Shown here in pieces: positions 50,990 to 59,494 of a stretch of 64,000 nucleotides of DNA (the first letter of the stretch is position 1; the number at the start of each line of letters is the position of its first letter). This stretch comes from Thermoproteota archaeon (lineage in GTDB: Archaea > Thermoproteota > Thermoprotei_A > Sulfolobales > Ignisphaeraceae). Below the pieces are notes generated by a model. That model worked only from the letters and a program-made list of their open reading frames with translations. It was not told the origin of the DNA and did not search any database. The stretch is taken from the NCBI GenBank assembly GCA_030550585.1, contig JAUQPB010000003.1, positions 164,333 to 228,332 of the forward strand, given 5' to 3'. The translations under genes and the position numbers were made by a program.

Positions 50990-51050
50990 GCCTCAGTGCC
51001 GGAAATAGTTCATCATTATTTTACTCAGCCTAGGACGCCAACATCACAAT
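50990..51050 (-). ncRNA. Box C/D guide sRNA (both guides antisense to tRNA-Gly-like sequence)
   Basis: Minus strand reads GTGATGT(51047)-tggcgtcctagg-CTGA-gtaaaata-ATGATGA-actatttccggca-CTGA(50993). Confidence 0.9.
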
Positions 51051-51077
51051 CAATGTAGTGAAAGATTAAAAAACAAT

Positions 51078-51149
51078 ATGTGACGAGAATCAGAGTAGCT
51101 CAGCCACATCACATGTCAGTGCCTTTACCATCATCACAAATTATCACAT
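51078..51149 (-). ncRNA. Box C/D guide sRNA (D guide antisense to tRNA 5' D-stem GUAGCUCAGCC)
   Basis: Minus strand reads GTGATGA(51137)-tggtaaaggca-CTGA-cat-GTGATGT-ggctgagctact-CTGA(51090), with a flanking ATGTGA/TCACAT stem. Confidence 0.9.
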
Positions 51150-51158
51150 TATTTATGA

Positions 51159-51560
51159 TTATGATCTTATTGCTTCGAAGCTGCTTCTATCTGCATAGTT
51201 TACTGTATAGTACTTTGGTTTTAAATTTCTTACAATGTATTCAAATGCTTTCCAGGGATCGCTTTTCTCGCCACAGGTATAAACATCGACTGTTGCATAT
51301 CTGTATTCTATCCAAGTATGGATAGCTATATGACTTTCGAGAACAAGTGCTATTACTGATACCCCTCCTTTTTTCCCTCCAAAGCTCCAACTCTTAACCT
51401 CATGCAAAGTCATATTAGCTATCTTAGCTGCTTCTATGACTATTTGCCTTAGCTTATCCTCATCTTTAGCTATATCTACATCGACTTCATATAGATTTCC
51501 ATACACATGCTTTCCTACTATTCTATCCATTTCAGTTTGATTATTATTGCCTTGATCCAT
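51159..51560 (-). CDS. Pyruvoyl-dependent decarboxylase proenzyme of the AdoMetDC family, probably the arginine decarboxylase paralog
   Basis: ESH cleavage site, HTW and [15 protein letters not shown] and [12 protein letters not shown] resemble the Sulfolobus ArgDC paralog as I recall it. Confidence 0.85.
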   Translation of the reverse strand: MDQGNNNQTEMDRIVGKHVYGNLYEVDVDIAKDEDKLRQIVIEAAKIANMTLHEVKSWSFGGKKGGVSVIALVLESHIAIHTWIEYRYATVDVYTCGEKSDPWKAFEYIVRNLKPKYYTVNYADRSSFEAIRS

Positions 51561-51689
51561 TTTTGTTTGACGCCTAGAGACGGGCTAGATATGAGTAACC
51601 GGCTTATAAGCTCTATGCTAAATAAATAGCCAAACCTTTTTGAAGTTTTATTCATTTAGTTAGTGGCATAGCTTTCATTTCTGCCTTTA

Positions 51690-52319
51690 TCATGATTGCG
51701 CTGTTTTCTTATTGGAACACAAAATTGCGTAGGGGCAATACGAGCACTCCCAACTGTATCTAGGAGCAGGTTTTAACGACAGAATACTTCGAATGAGATC
51801 TGCTACTTCGCCATCTGAAACAGGGTCTTCTATGAAATATTGCGATAACCTGTTTTGCGTGATATAGAGCAGTATGGCTTTTCTTAACCCCGTTAACCAG
51901 AGGTATAGCCTTGTCTGCAAAATGTGATGCTGATGTGGAATACTCAAATCTGATCTGCTTGACTTGATCTCTATTAACCAATCACCTATAACAGCATCTA
52001 CACGCCCTTTCACAATATATGTGGCACCATCAACCACCACCTCTTTTTCGTATTCTACTTCCAACCTCACATTGTCCTTGCCTAAGAGATCTTCAAGCAG
52101 TTTGCCAATGCCCAAATGAATTAGCTCTCCAGATATTGTAATAGGGTCAAACGCATTTGCTATTGCTATCTCTTTATACATCCTCTGGTAGTAGTATTTT
52201 AGTGGACAGTAAATTAGATCAGTAATGTAAATTTCATTCTCAAGCTTCTTTTCCAACCTTTTTCTAGCTTCCTCTATACGCCAACCATAAATCAGTTTAA
52301 CAATATCAAAATTCGACAT
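51690..52319 (-). CDS. cas4: Stand-alone Cas4-family Fe-S exonuclease
   Basis: ITDLIYCP, G..IH, E, GRVD, EIKS, Q..LY and C-terminal CSYCPYAILC (four-Cys staple). Confidence 0.88.
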   Translation of the reverse strand: MSNFDIVKLIYGWRIEEARKRLEKKLENEIYITDLIYCPLKYYYQRMYKEIAIANAFDPITISGELIHLGIGKLLEDLLGKDNVRLEVEYEKEVVVDGATYIVKGRVDAVIGDWLIEIKSSRSDLSIPHQHHILQTRLYLWLTGLRKAILLYITQNRLSQYFIEDPVSDGEVADLIRSILSLKPAPRYSWECSYCPYAILCSNKKTAQS

Positions 52320-52357
52320 GGTTTCCCCACTTACTTTACCTAGCTAATTAATAGAGT

Positions 52358-52413
52358 TGCTCAGTAACACGGGTTATCATCAAATCTTCAGAAACAGCCG
52401 TGATCATCATCCA
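52358..52413 (-). ncRNA. Box C/D guide sRNA
   Basis: Minus strand reads ATGATGA(52410)-tcacggctgttt-CTGA-agat-TTGATGA-taacccgtgtta-CTGA(52361). Confidence 0.9.
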
Positions 52414-52421
52414 ATAGTTTT

Positions 52422-52676
52422 TTACTTTTTGACCCGTTTATATATTCTAATCAAAATCCTTGCAGCTAGCGTGAGTTTGTATCCACCGCCTTTGGTTCTT
52501 CTTATGAAGCCCTCTCTTCGCAACTTCCTCAGAATCGTCTTGGCTTTTTCTTTATCGATGCCCCACATTTCTGCTAGTTCATTAATTGTATATACATGTT
52601 CCTCATTTTTTCCCAGAGGATGGATATAGTCCATAAACTTTAGAAATTTCTGCATTAGGTCTGTATCTTGAGACAT
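52422..52676 (-). CDS. Small winged-helix DNA-binding protein
   Basis: TINELAEMWGIDKEKAKTILRKLRREGFI..GGYKLT. Confidence 0.85.
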   Translation of the reverse strand: MSQDTDLMQKFLKFMDYIHPLGKNEEHVYTINELAEMWGIDKEKAKTILRKLRREGFIRRTKGGGYKLTLAARILIRIYKRVKK

Positions 52677-52706
52677 GATATTCCAACCCTTTATCCTAAG
52701 CTTAGT

Positions 52707-54083
52707 CTATTTAAGGAACTTGCTCTCCCATTTCTTTGCTATCTCAACGCTCTGTGAAACATCTATAAATAATTTGCATGCCTCTTCAACATCCTCTTCT
52801 TTTATTTCGTCTCTGCCCTTCCTCTCGGCAATGATTTTGGCTGGCTGCATTAATTGGATTGCATACCTCAAGCTTCTTTCACTTGCTATCTTAACTAAAT
52901 ACTCTATTGCATCCTTAGAGAGTTTTATCTCCTCCTCCTCGGCTCTGATCATTATTATTTCCCTTATCTCATCCGGGTTATATGGTCTTACACTTATGAT
53001 TAGAAGTCTATCCAAAAGATCGAGAGGCATTCCGTGAGGACCTTCATAATCAGTACCACGAATTCTTGTTATACCTCTGTTTGTAGCAAGTATAAGTATT
53101 GGCGAGAACTCGCTTTCCATCACCCTTGTTAGAAAGCTGAATGCCTCTATATCAAGCATATGTACATCGTCTATGAATAACACACCTGGGACAAGGGTTA
53201 CCTTGCCCTCACTCAACGCCTTTCTAACAGAATCGTCAACAGCTTTTCTGATCTCAGGATCTATTTCCCTCTCCTCGGATCCAACGCCAATCAATGATAT
53301 TACAGCCCTCTTCTGCGCCGCATATGCTTCATCCAAGTCATGTAGTGTAACAGTTCTCACAATTTCTTTTTCTTTGAATATCTTTCCCTTTGGCATATCC
53401 TCTAAAACCCTAGACGTTTCTATGTCATAGTATCTTGCCTTTTCTATTCCCTTCACCCTGCCCAACTTGAAAACTTCACCAGAATCGGCATCTATACTTA
53501 TCAGATCACCCCTCCTTATAGAGAGTTGCGCAAGTTGCATAGCTATCGACTGGTCCACCTCTAGCGTTTTCTCCTCATCTTTCGTGGTGAGGGTTATCCT
53601 AGCACCACGTGGCACTTTAACATATGGGTTAAAGGGGTGAGACGCTAAAGCAAACTTGATCTCCTTTACAACACCTTCGTAAACCCTTCTCAACTCCCTT
53701 ACTCTGATTCCAATAGCTCTTCTAACAGCCCTCATCAAAATTTCTGTCTTTTTAATTTCAGTTGAATAGAGCTCAGCACCATTTATCATTACGAAGGGTG
53801 TGTCCTCACCAAGCTCTCTCGCTATTGCGATTGCAAGTGCTGTTTTGCCTGAGCCCGGTGGGCCAACAAGCAATATTCCTCTTCCAGCAAGCTTACCCTC
53901 TTTAATCATCTTGACAACTATTCCAGCCGCTTTCCTCGCCTCTAGCTGCCCCACAAGACCGTCTGCAATGTATTTAGGCTCGCCTTTCTCATCTAAACCC
54001 AGCCCCCTTATGTGGCTATGTGCGCTAATCCTCTTCAACATCTCTCTTTTGGATTCTTCTTTCACCTCTCTAATCATGCTCAA
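52707..54083 (-). CDS. tip49: TIP49/RuvB-like AAA+ ATPase
   Basis: AHSHIRGLGL, GLVGQ, GPPGSGKT, TVTLHDLD, PGVLFIDDVHMLD, ATNRG, PHGMPLDLLDR and SLRYA. Confidence 0.95.
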   Translation of the reverse strand: MSMIREVKEESKREMLKRISAHSHIRGLGLDEKGEPKYIADGLVGQLEARKAAGIVVKMIKEGKLAGRGILLVGPPGSGKTALAIAIARELGEDTPFVMINGAELYSTEIKKTEILMRAVRRAIGIRVRELRRVYEGVVKEIKFALASHPFNPYVKVPRGARITLTTKDEEKTLEVDQSIAMQLAQLSIRRGDLISIDADSGEVFKLGRVKGIEKARYYDIETSRVLEDMPKGKIFKEKEIVRTVTLHDLDEAYAAQKRAVISLIGVGSEEREIDPEIRKAVDDSVRKALSEGKVTLVPGVLFIDDVHMLDIEAFSFLTRVMESEFSPILILATNRGITRIRGTDYEGPHGMPLDLLDRLLIISVRPYNPDEIREIIMIRAEEEEIKLSKDAIEYLVKIASERSLRYAIQLMQPAKIIAERKGRDEIKEEDVEEACKLFIDVSQSVEIAKKWESKFLK

Positions 54084-54254
54084 TGAACATCACCTATTAT
54101 ATACATTAAGTTTATTTCTATACAATTCCAAGCTTATAACCTTTCATATTAAGTGAGCTTGCTACTATGACTTAATGAAAGTTCTTAAAAGAGCTTATAA
54201 AACAGAAATTTATATCCACATGCAGTCAATAAAAATAGGCAGCGGGTATGTATT

Positions 54255-55697
54255 GTGAAAAAACAGATTGATTATATTACTATAACTCTTTTGATTATTA
54301 TCACGGCTGTTCACATATATCTAACAACAATGCAAGCTCTAAACTTTGAAAGAGAAGAGCTGCAGAGATTCTATTCGGGTGCAAAGGGTTATGTATCTGA
54401 TGAAGTTTGGTATGTTGATGCTGCTAGAAATATTTTGAGAAAGGTATTTGGGCTAGAGCCTAAGCAGATAGGGGGATGTAATGCAACAATAGTGTATCCC
54501 ACTAAAGACGATGCTTTAAAGGCTGCATCAATTGCGCCGCAGTATGGAGTGTCCGTTGTTACAACATCTTTTAATAAGATAAACGCTATTTATGTTCATG
54601 CAAAAGATGGAGATACCATAAAGAGGTTTGCAGATGCCACTAGTGCAAGTGATGTTGTTTATGGATGGATACTAGGCGATGCTGAGGGTATAAACAATTA
54701 TCTTAATCTTGAGCACCCGCCAATGGCAAAATATATAATAGCTATTTTTATGGCTTTGCTAGGGGATAGACCAATTTACTGGCGAATTCCCTCAATTATA
54801 ATGGGTTCTCTAACAGTTATAATCTCTTTTCTAATTGTGAAAAAGCTCACAAAATCTAATGAACTTGGTCTCATAGTAGCTGCAGCAATAGCTGTTGATC
54901 CTATGATGAGAAATCTTGCATCTATTGCATTACTAGATATATATGTGGCTATGTCGACAGCGCTAGCAATTCTATTAGCCGTTAATGAAAGATATAAAGA
55001 ATCCATTATAGCACTGGGCTTTGCATCCACATTCAAATTCACGGCACTTCTAGCCTTTCTACCAATACTTTTGCTATATATAAACAGTCTTGTTAGAAAT
55101 GGTGAGAGAAGATTCATAAAAATATTTTCTAGATTCGTGGATCTCTTCATACTGATGCTATTATCCTTTATCTTCTTCCAATTGGTGGTGTCAATACCAA
55201 TAATATTCAAGTTTGGATTGAGTACATGGATTAATCAAAGTGTTTTAGGGGCTATCTCATGGCACCTTAGAGTTAAATGTGTTGGAAGTGGATGTCCTAT
55301 TGCATCTACTCCCTGGGAATGGTTCTTCGGACTAAATTCTTTCCCTCTCTACATATATCCAACAGGAGTGACAGTATATGCACAAGGATTTGTGCCAGCA
55401 TATGCTCTAAGCTTCATCTTACTGATACTCACAATAGCTTATAGAGGTTTTGACTCTGCAAGCAAAAAACCTTGGCTTATACTAACTGGATTTGTTCTAG
55501 CATATGTAATGCTTTGGCTTGCTGGATCTAGATCACAGTATAGCTTCTATGCTGTTCAAATAACACCGTATATCTACATCTACCTTCTCACACAGTTGTA
55601 TGAGTATGTATGGAGAGATGCTATAGCCAAAACCTTCGAAGCATGGAAAAAGGTCTTTGAGAATACATGGCACATAATCTTGGTTTTGCTAGGTTGA
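54255..55697 (+). CDS. PMT/GT39-like membrane glycosyltransferase
   Basis: YVSDEVWYV, NLEHPPMAKY, WRIPS, LLDI, many TM helices and STPWEW. Confidence 0.82.
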   Translation: MKKQIDYITITLLIIITAVHIYLTTMQALNFEREELQRFYSGAKGYVSDEVWYVDAARNILRKVFGLEPKQIGGCNATIVYPTKDDALKAASIAPQYGVSVVTTSFNKINAIYVHAKDGDTIKRFADATSASDVVYGWILGDAEGINNYLNLEHPPMAKYIIAIFMALLGDRPIYWRIPSIIMGSLTVIISFLIVKKLTKSNELGLIVAAAIAVDPMMRNLASIALLDIYVAMSTALAILLAVNERYKESIIALGFASTFKFTALLAFLPILLLYINSLVRNGERRFIKIFSRFVDLFILMLLSFIFFQLVVSIPIIFKFGLSTWINQSVLGAISWHLRVKCVGSGCPIASTPWEWFFGLNSFPLYIYPTGVTVYAQGFVPAYALSFILLILTIAYRGFDSASKKPWLILTGFVLAYVMLWLAGSRSQYSFYAVQITPYIYIYLLTQLYEYVWRDAIAKTFEAWKKVFENTWHIILVLLG

Positions 55698-55701
55698 GAA
55701 A

Positions 55702-56535
55702 ATGGTTATAGAAAAAGATCTTGGGAAAATGCTTAGCGAGCTATCCAAAACCCTTTCAAATCTAGGTCTCGATATGAATGATCTGAAAAGCTCTGTCCAC
55801 GGGCTTGAAAAAAGCCAGCAGTTCCTCATATCAATAAAATCGCTAAAAATCTTAGAGAAAATCTTTACAGGATTAACTGATCTTAAAGGGCTCTTAGAAA
55901 AAAGCGAGCTGAAAGACTTTTTGACCCAGGCAATCCCCATCATCAAAAGTATTTCAAATAGTGTAAAAGATCTGAGCATCGAATTCAATGCCTCTACGGC
56001 TAGATTAATCCCACTTCTTACAATAGCCATACTCACTTCAATGATATCCAGCGTCACAACATTAGCAATCTTATATCAATTTCAAATATTAGGTACACCG
56101 AGTTTCCTAGTCCTTACATTAATGGTATTGTTCGTGACAGTAATTGCACTACTTTCGCTATACCTCAAATTATTATTGGTGCTTACTTTAGCGCCTCTGG
56201 CTGCCCTTCCATCGCTAGTTGCATCCACAATAGGCCTAATTTTACATCGATCTATGAGCCCCGTAATTATTATTCTAATTGTGTTTAACATAATTCTATT
56301 AGTTGCATTGCTCAGATTCTTGATTCTACAGGCAAATGCATATAAGATTGCCATTAGCATTGTAGCGTCTATTTATCGTGTGATAGATGAGCTAAAGACA
56401 ATTGCTGAAAACAAGTTGAGAACAGCCCCAGCTAGTCAGCTCGCCACACCAAATGAAGTTCTGTTCACTAAGGTTTATGGTAATGAAGCTAGTGAGCTTA
56501 TTAAGTACGCTACAGATGTTAACAAAGTAAAGTAG
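55702..56535 (+). CDS. Membrane protein
   Basis: About four central TM helices with helical flanks. Confidence 0.65.
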   Translation: MVIEKDLGKMLSELSKTLSNLGLDMNDLKSSVHGLEKSQQFLISIKSLKILEKIFTGLTDLKGLLEKSELKDFLTQAIPIIKSISNSVKDLSIEFNASTARLIPLLTIAILTSMISSVTTLAILYQFQILGTPSFLVLTLMVLFVTVIALLSLYLKLLLVLTLAPLAALPSLVASTIGLILHRSMSPVIIILIVFNIILLVALLRFLILQANAYKIAISIVASIYRVIDELKTIAENKLRTAPASQLATPNEVLFTKVYGNEASELIKYATDVNKVK

Positions 56536-56554
56536 TTTGCTTGGTGTTTTTAAA

Positions 56555-57028
56555 ATGCCTGAGAAACAAGTGCAACAACAAAAAACTAAGGAACTTAAAA
56601 CATTTTCAACACAAGTCGTCACACTAGATACAATAAAAAACGATAAGAGAAAAATGACATTGCTACACATAATTAAGGTGCTAAATGCTGTAAGTGAAAA
56701 AGGGTTATCTTACCTAGTAACTGTGCTTCACGACGAGAAGAAAGTTGACCTAGGTTACACAATTGTTAGGTTGGGTAACAGAGTCATAGTGAAAGACTTG
56801 CTTGAGGATATAAAAGCCCTACTATATGTAGGTCTCATTGAATCTGATCCAAAAACTAAAAAACTTCAGCTAACTAGTAGAGGAAAGGAGTTTTTGGAAT
56901 CCTTACAAATTGCAGATACAAAATTGTCTGAGGTGCTCAGCTCAGTAGAAGAATTGAAGAGTAGGGTAATTGCGGTAGACGAGGAGGTTGCGGCGGCAAC
57001 GCAATTAGCAAAACAATCTAGGAAATGA
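56555..57028 (+). CDS. Conserved hypothetical winged-helix-like protein
   Basis: DLGY..DIKALLYVGLIE..LQLTSRGKEFL. Confidence 0.7.
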   Translation: MPEKQVQQQKTKELKTFSTQVVTLDTIKNDKRKMTLLHIIKVLNAVSEKGLSYLVTVLHDEKKVDLGYTIVRLGNRVIVKDLLEDIKALLYVGLIESDPKTKKLQLTSRGKEFLESLQIADTKLSEVLSSVEELKSRVIAVDEEVAAATQLAKQSRK

Positions 57029-57123
57029 CTGTGAAGCAAATGAAATAATAAAAAGTGCCAAAAGGTATGCGAAAATAATGTCAAAAACGCGTTTAGGTAT
57101 TTTAGATAGTGAGTTGCTTGTCT

Positions 57124-57549
57124 TTAAATTGATAGTGATATGCCTTCGCGTTCTCCTCTTCTTCTTCTACCACTATCACTAAATAACTCTAGTAGAAGGG
57201 GGTTTAGCTTACCCTCTTTCTCTAACTTAGATATGTAGTCTCTAAACTCTGATGTGTGCTTAATGTCTAAATCTATTAATTGCTGTAGTATATTGTAAAC
57301 AGTGGTCCATACAAATTCGAGCTCTTCTTTAGGCATGTTACTAATTATGAATGGATCTTGTAGCCAGTTGTCAAAGGCTTTTAGCGTTCTGATCATGTGT
57401 TGAAAAGCCATTCTGGTGTAGAGTATTAGTTCGAGTCTGTCGCCTTTCTTGGCATTCTCATTAACATTGCCAAACCATTCCTTAACCTTTTTCTGCATTT
57501 CAATCCATTGTGTTAAGCTATCATACATTGAAGACATCTCATGTTGCAC
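57124..57549 (-). CDS. DUF2153-family protein
   Basis: DRLELI..AFQHMIRTLKAFDNWLQDP..MP..DIKHTS. Confidence 0.75.
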   Translation of the reverse strand: MQHEMSSMYDSLTQWIEMQKKVKEWFGNVNENAKKGDRLELILYTRMAFQHMIRTLKAFDNWLQDPFIISNMPKEELEFVWTTVYNILQQLIDLDIKHTSEFRDYISKLEKEGKLNPLLLELFSDSGRRRRGEREGISLSI

Positions 57550-57597
57550 CTTATAACATTATTCATTTTCCTGTGTTTTACATTAGCATAAGTTGTG

Positions 57598-58011
57598 TTA
57601 TTTGCTTAATAAATTATATGGTTTCCCATGTAACTTAATCTCGTCTGGTATTTTATCTCTATACATGTTGAGAAATGCTGTGTCCTCCTCTTTTTTCCTG
57701 TAATTATCTGGCAACAGCCTAGGAATCTCATCTAATATGGGATACCATCTACCGCAGTTTTCACAATATAAAATACCTGTCTTCACCTCAATCTTTATGC
57801 ATTCATCGCATGGCACTTCCTCACCCTTCTCGCTAAGATCCTTAATATAAGTGTTTTTGAATGAGCAATACAAATCGCAAAGAGGTTTTTGAATATTCTG
57901 CGGAATCCTTCTATGATCATATATCACAGTTTCTATTACAAATAACCTTAGAGGAAAACCCTTGTCTTTGCAGTAAGGACATGCCAAGTAATTTAGGAGT
58001 CTATACTTCAT
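57598..58011 (-). CDS. trm112: Trm112-like methyltransferase activator
   Basis: LACPYCK..GILYCENCGRWYPILDEIPRLLP. Confidence 0.88.
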   Translation of the reverse strand: MKYRLLNYLACPYCKDKGFPLRLFVIETVIYDHRRIPQNIQKPLCDLYCSFKNTYIKDLSEKGEEVPCDECIKIEVKTGILYCENCGRWYPILDEIPRLLPDNYRKKEEDTAFLNMYRDKIPDEIKLHGKPYNLLSK

Positions 58012-59396
58012 CTTCCTAACCTTTTCCTGATTTCCTCTATTTTGTCTAGCAGTTCAGATAATATCCTCTTCGATACTGCTTCATCCCACGATTCCACAGT
58101 TATCCTCATCAATGGCTCAGTACCGCTTGGTCTAACAAGAAATGCTGCATTATCCATGACAACCTTTATCCCATCTATATCAATTATTTTATACGAGCTA
58201 TAATATTTCTTTAGAGCCTCTACAATAGCAAGTCCCTCTTCCCTATTGTTAATCGGTATTTTCGTTCTTAATATAGCTGGTTTTTGAATGGAGTCTACAA
58301 TATAGGAGAGTTTGAAGTCTCTTTCCACAAGCATGTCAGCCATCAAGGCAGCTGAAGCCGTTCCATCTCTAACTAGTTGGTGAGGAACATAAGCAAATCC
58401 TCCATTGTCCTCAAATCCGGAAAGGGCTCCTCCGAGTTCAACAATTTTTCTTGCTATATTCAAGAACCCAACTCTTGTCCATACAACCTCTATGCCATTT
58501 TTGATCAGATACTTGTCTGATAGAATATGACTTGTAGATATAGCTGTAACAACCCTTCTTGGCAGACCAGGATTCTTCTCAGATACATAGTTAGTTAATA
58601 TTATTGCAGATATTGTCCCGTCTACAAACCTACCTTGATCATCAACAAAAATGGCTCTGTCACCATCTCCATCATGTGCTACGCCAAAATCAGCGTTAAC
58701 AGCTTTAACAACCTGCATTAGGTCTGCTAAGGTTTCAGCTGTTGGCTCATATGGTCTATAGGGCAAGCCTATGTCTGCATTTATTGTTAGAACCTTTAAA
58801 CCAAGTTCTTTTAGTACTCTGGGTGTCGTTAAAGCCGAGACACTATTAGCACAGTCTACAACAACTCTCATCTCTTTTCTTTTAAATTTATTGCCATCAA
58901 AATGTTTCTTAACGCCATTTACATAATAATCTATTGCTGAATCGAATCTCTCAACAGGTTTTAGATCATGCCAAGACACTCTCCTAAATTTTGTTTCAAA
59001 TAATATCGATTCTATTTCAGCATCAACCTCAGGTGGGGCCTCTATACCGTCACTCAAAACAACCTTTATTCCCACCCACTCAGGAGGGTTGTGACTTGCT
59101 GTGACAACAACACCGTAATCAAAACCGCATTCTTTAACACAGTATTGTAAGGCTGGCGTGGGTATGAAGCCAGCATCATAAACCTTTGTACCTGCTGAGA
59201 CCAACCCTGCTACGACCAGATTGTAAACTAGGTTGTTGCCTATTCTCGCATCCTTACCTACTAAGGCTCTAGATCCTGTGGGAAAGTAGCTTGCAATGGC
59301 CATAGCTAATCTCAAGGGAAATGATGCATCCTCTTTATCTACAACCCACCTAACACCATCAGTTCCAAACAGTTTTCTTTCAACTGTTTTCTGCAT
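58008..59396 (-). CDS. Phosphomannomutase/phosphoglucomutase (alpha-D-phosphohexomutase)
   Basis: FGTDGVR, TASHNP, DGDGDR and RPSGTEP; SD GGGTGA before ATG 59396. Confidence 0.93.
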   Translation of the reverse strand: MQKTVERKLFGTDGVRWVVDKEDASFPLRLAMAIASYFPTGSRALVGKDARIGNNLVYNLVVAGLVSAGTKVYDAGFIPTPALQYCVKECGFDYGVVVTASHNPPEWVGIKVVLSDGIEAPPEVDAEIESILFETKFRRVSWHDLKPVERFDSAIDYYVNGVKKHFDGNKFKRKEMRVVVDCANSVSALTTPRVLKELGLKVLTINADIGLPYRPYEPTAETLADLMQVVKAVNADFGVAHDGDGDRAIFVDDQGRFVDGTISAIILTNYVSEKNPGLPRRVVTAISTSHILSDKYLIKNGIEVVWTRVGFLNIARKIVELGGALSGFEDNGGFAYVPHQLVRDGTASAALMADMLVERDFKLSYIVDSIQKPAILRTKIPINNREEGLAIVEALKKYYSSYKIIDIDGIKVVMDNAAFLVRPSGTEPLMRITVESWDEAVSKRILSELLDKIEEIRKRLGR

Positions 59397-59494
59397 TAGC
59401 TTCACCCAGTTAGTGCTTGTTCTTCTTCTGTGAAGAGCAATCACCTTATAAATTTGTTTAAAAGTTTATCTATACGATAATGTGGTAGAAAAAA

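Noticed and set aside
51080-51325. Plus-strand ORF of 81 aa (likewise 52357..52629 and 42586..42783)
   Set aside because: These lie antisense to sRNAs or real CDSs and have no coding signature.
51690-52319. CRISPR-Cas locus suggested by cas4
   Set aside because: No repeat-spacer array or other cas genes in the window, so it is treated as a solo Cas4.
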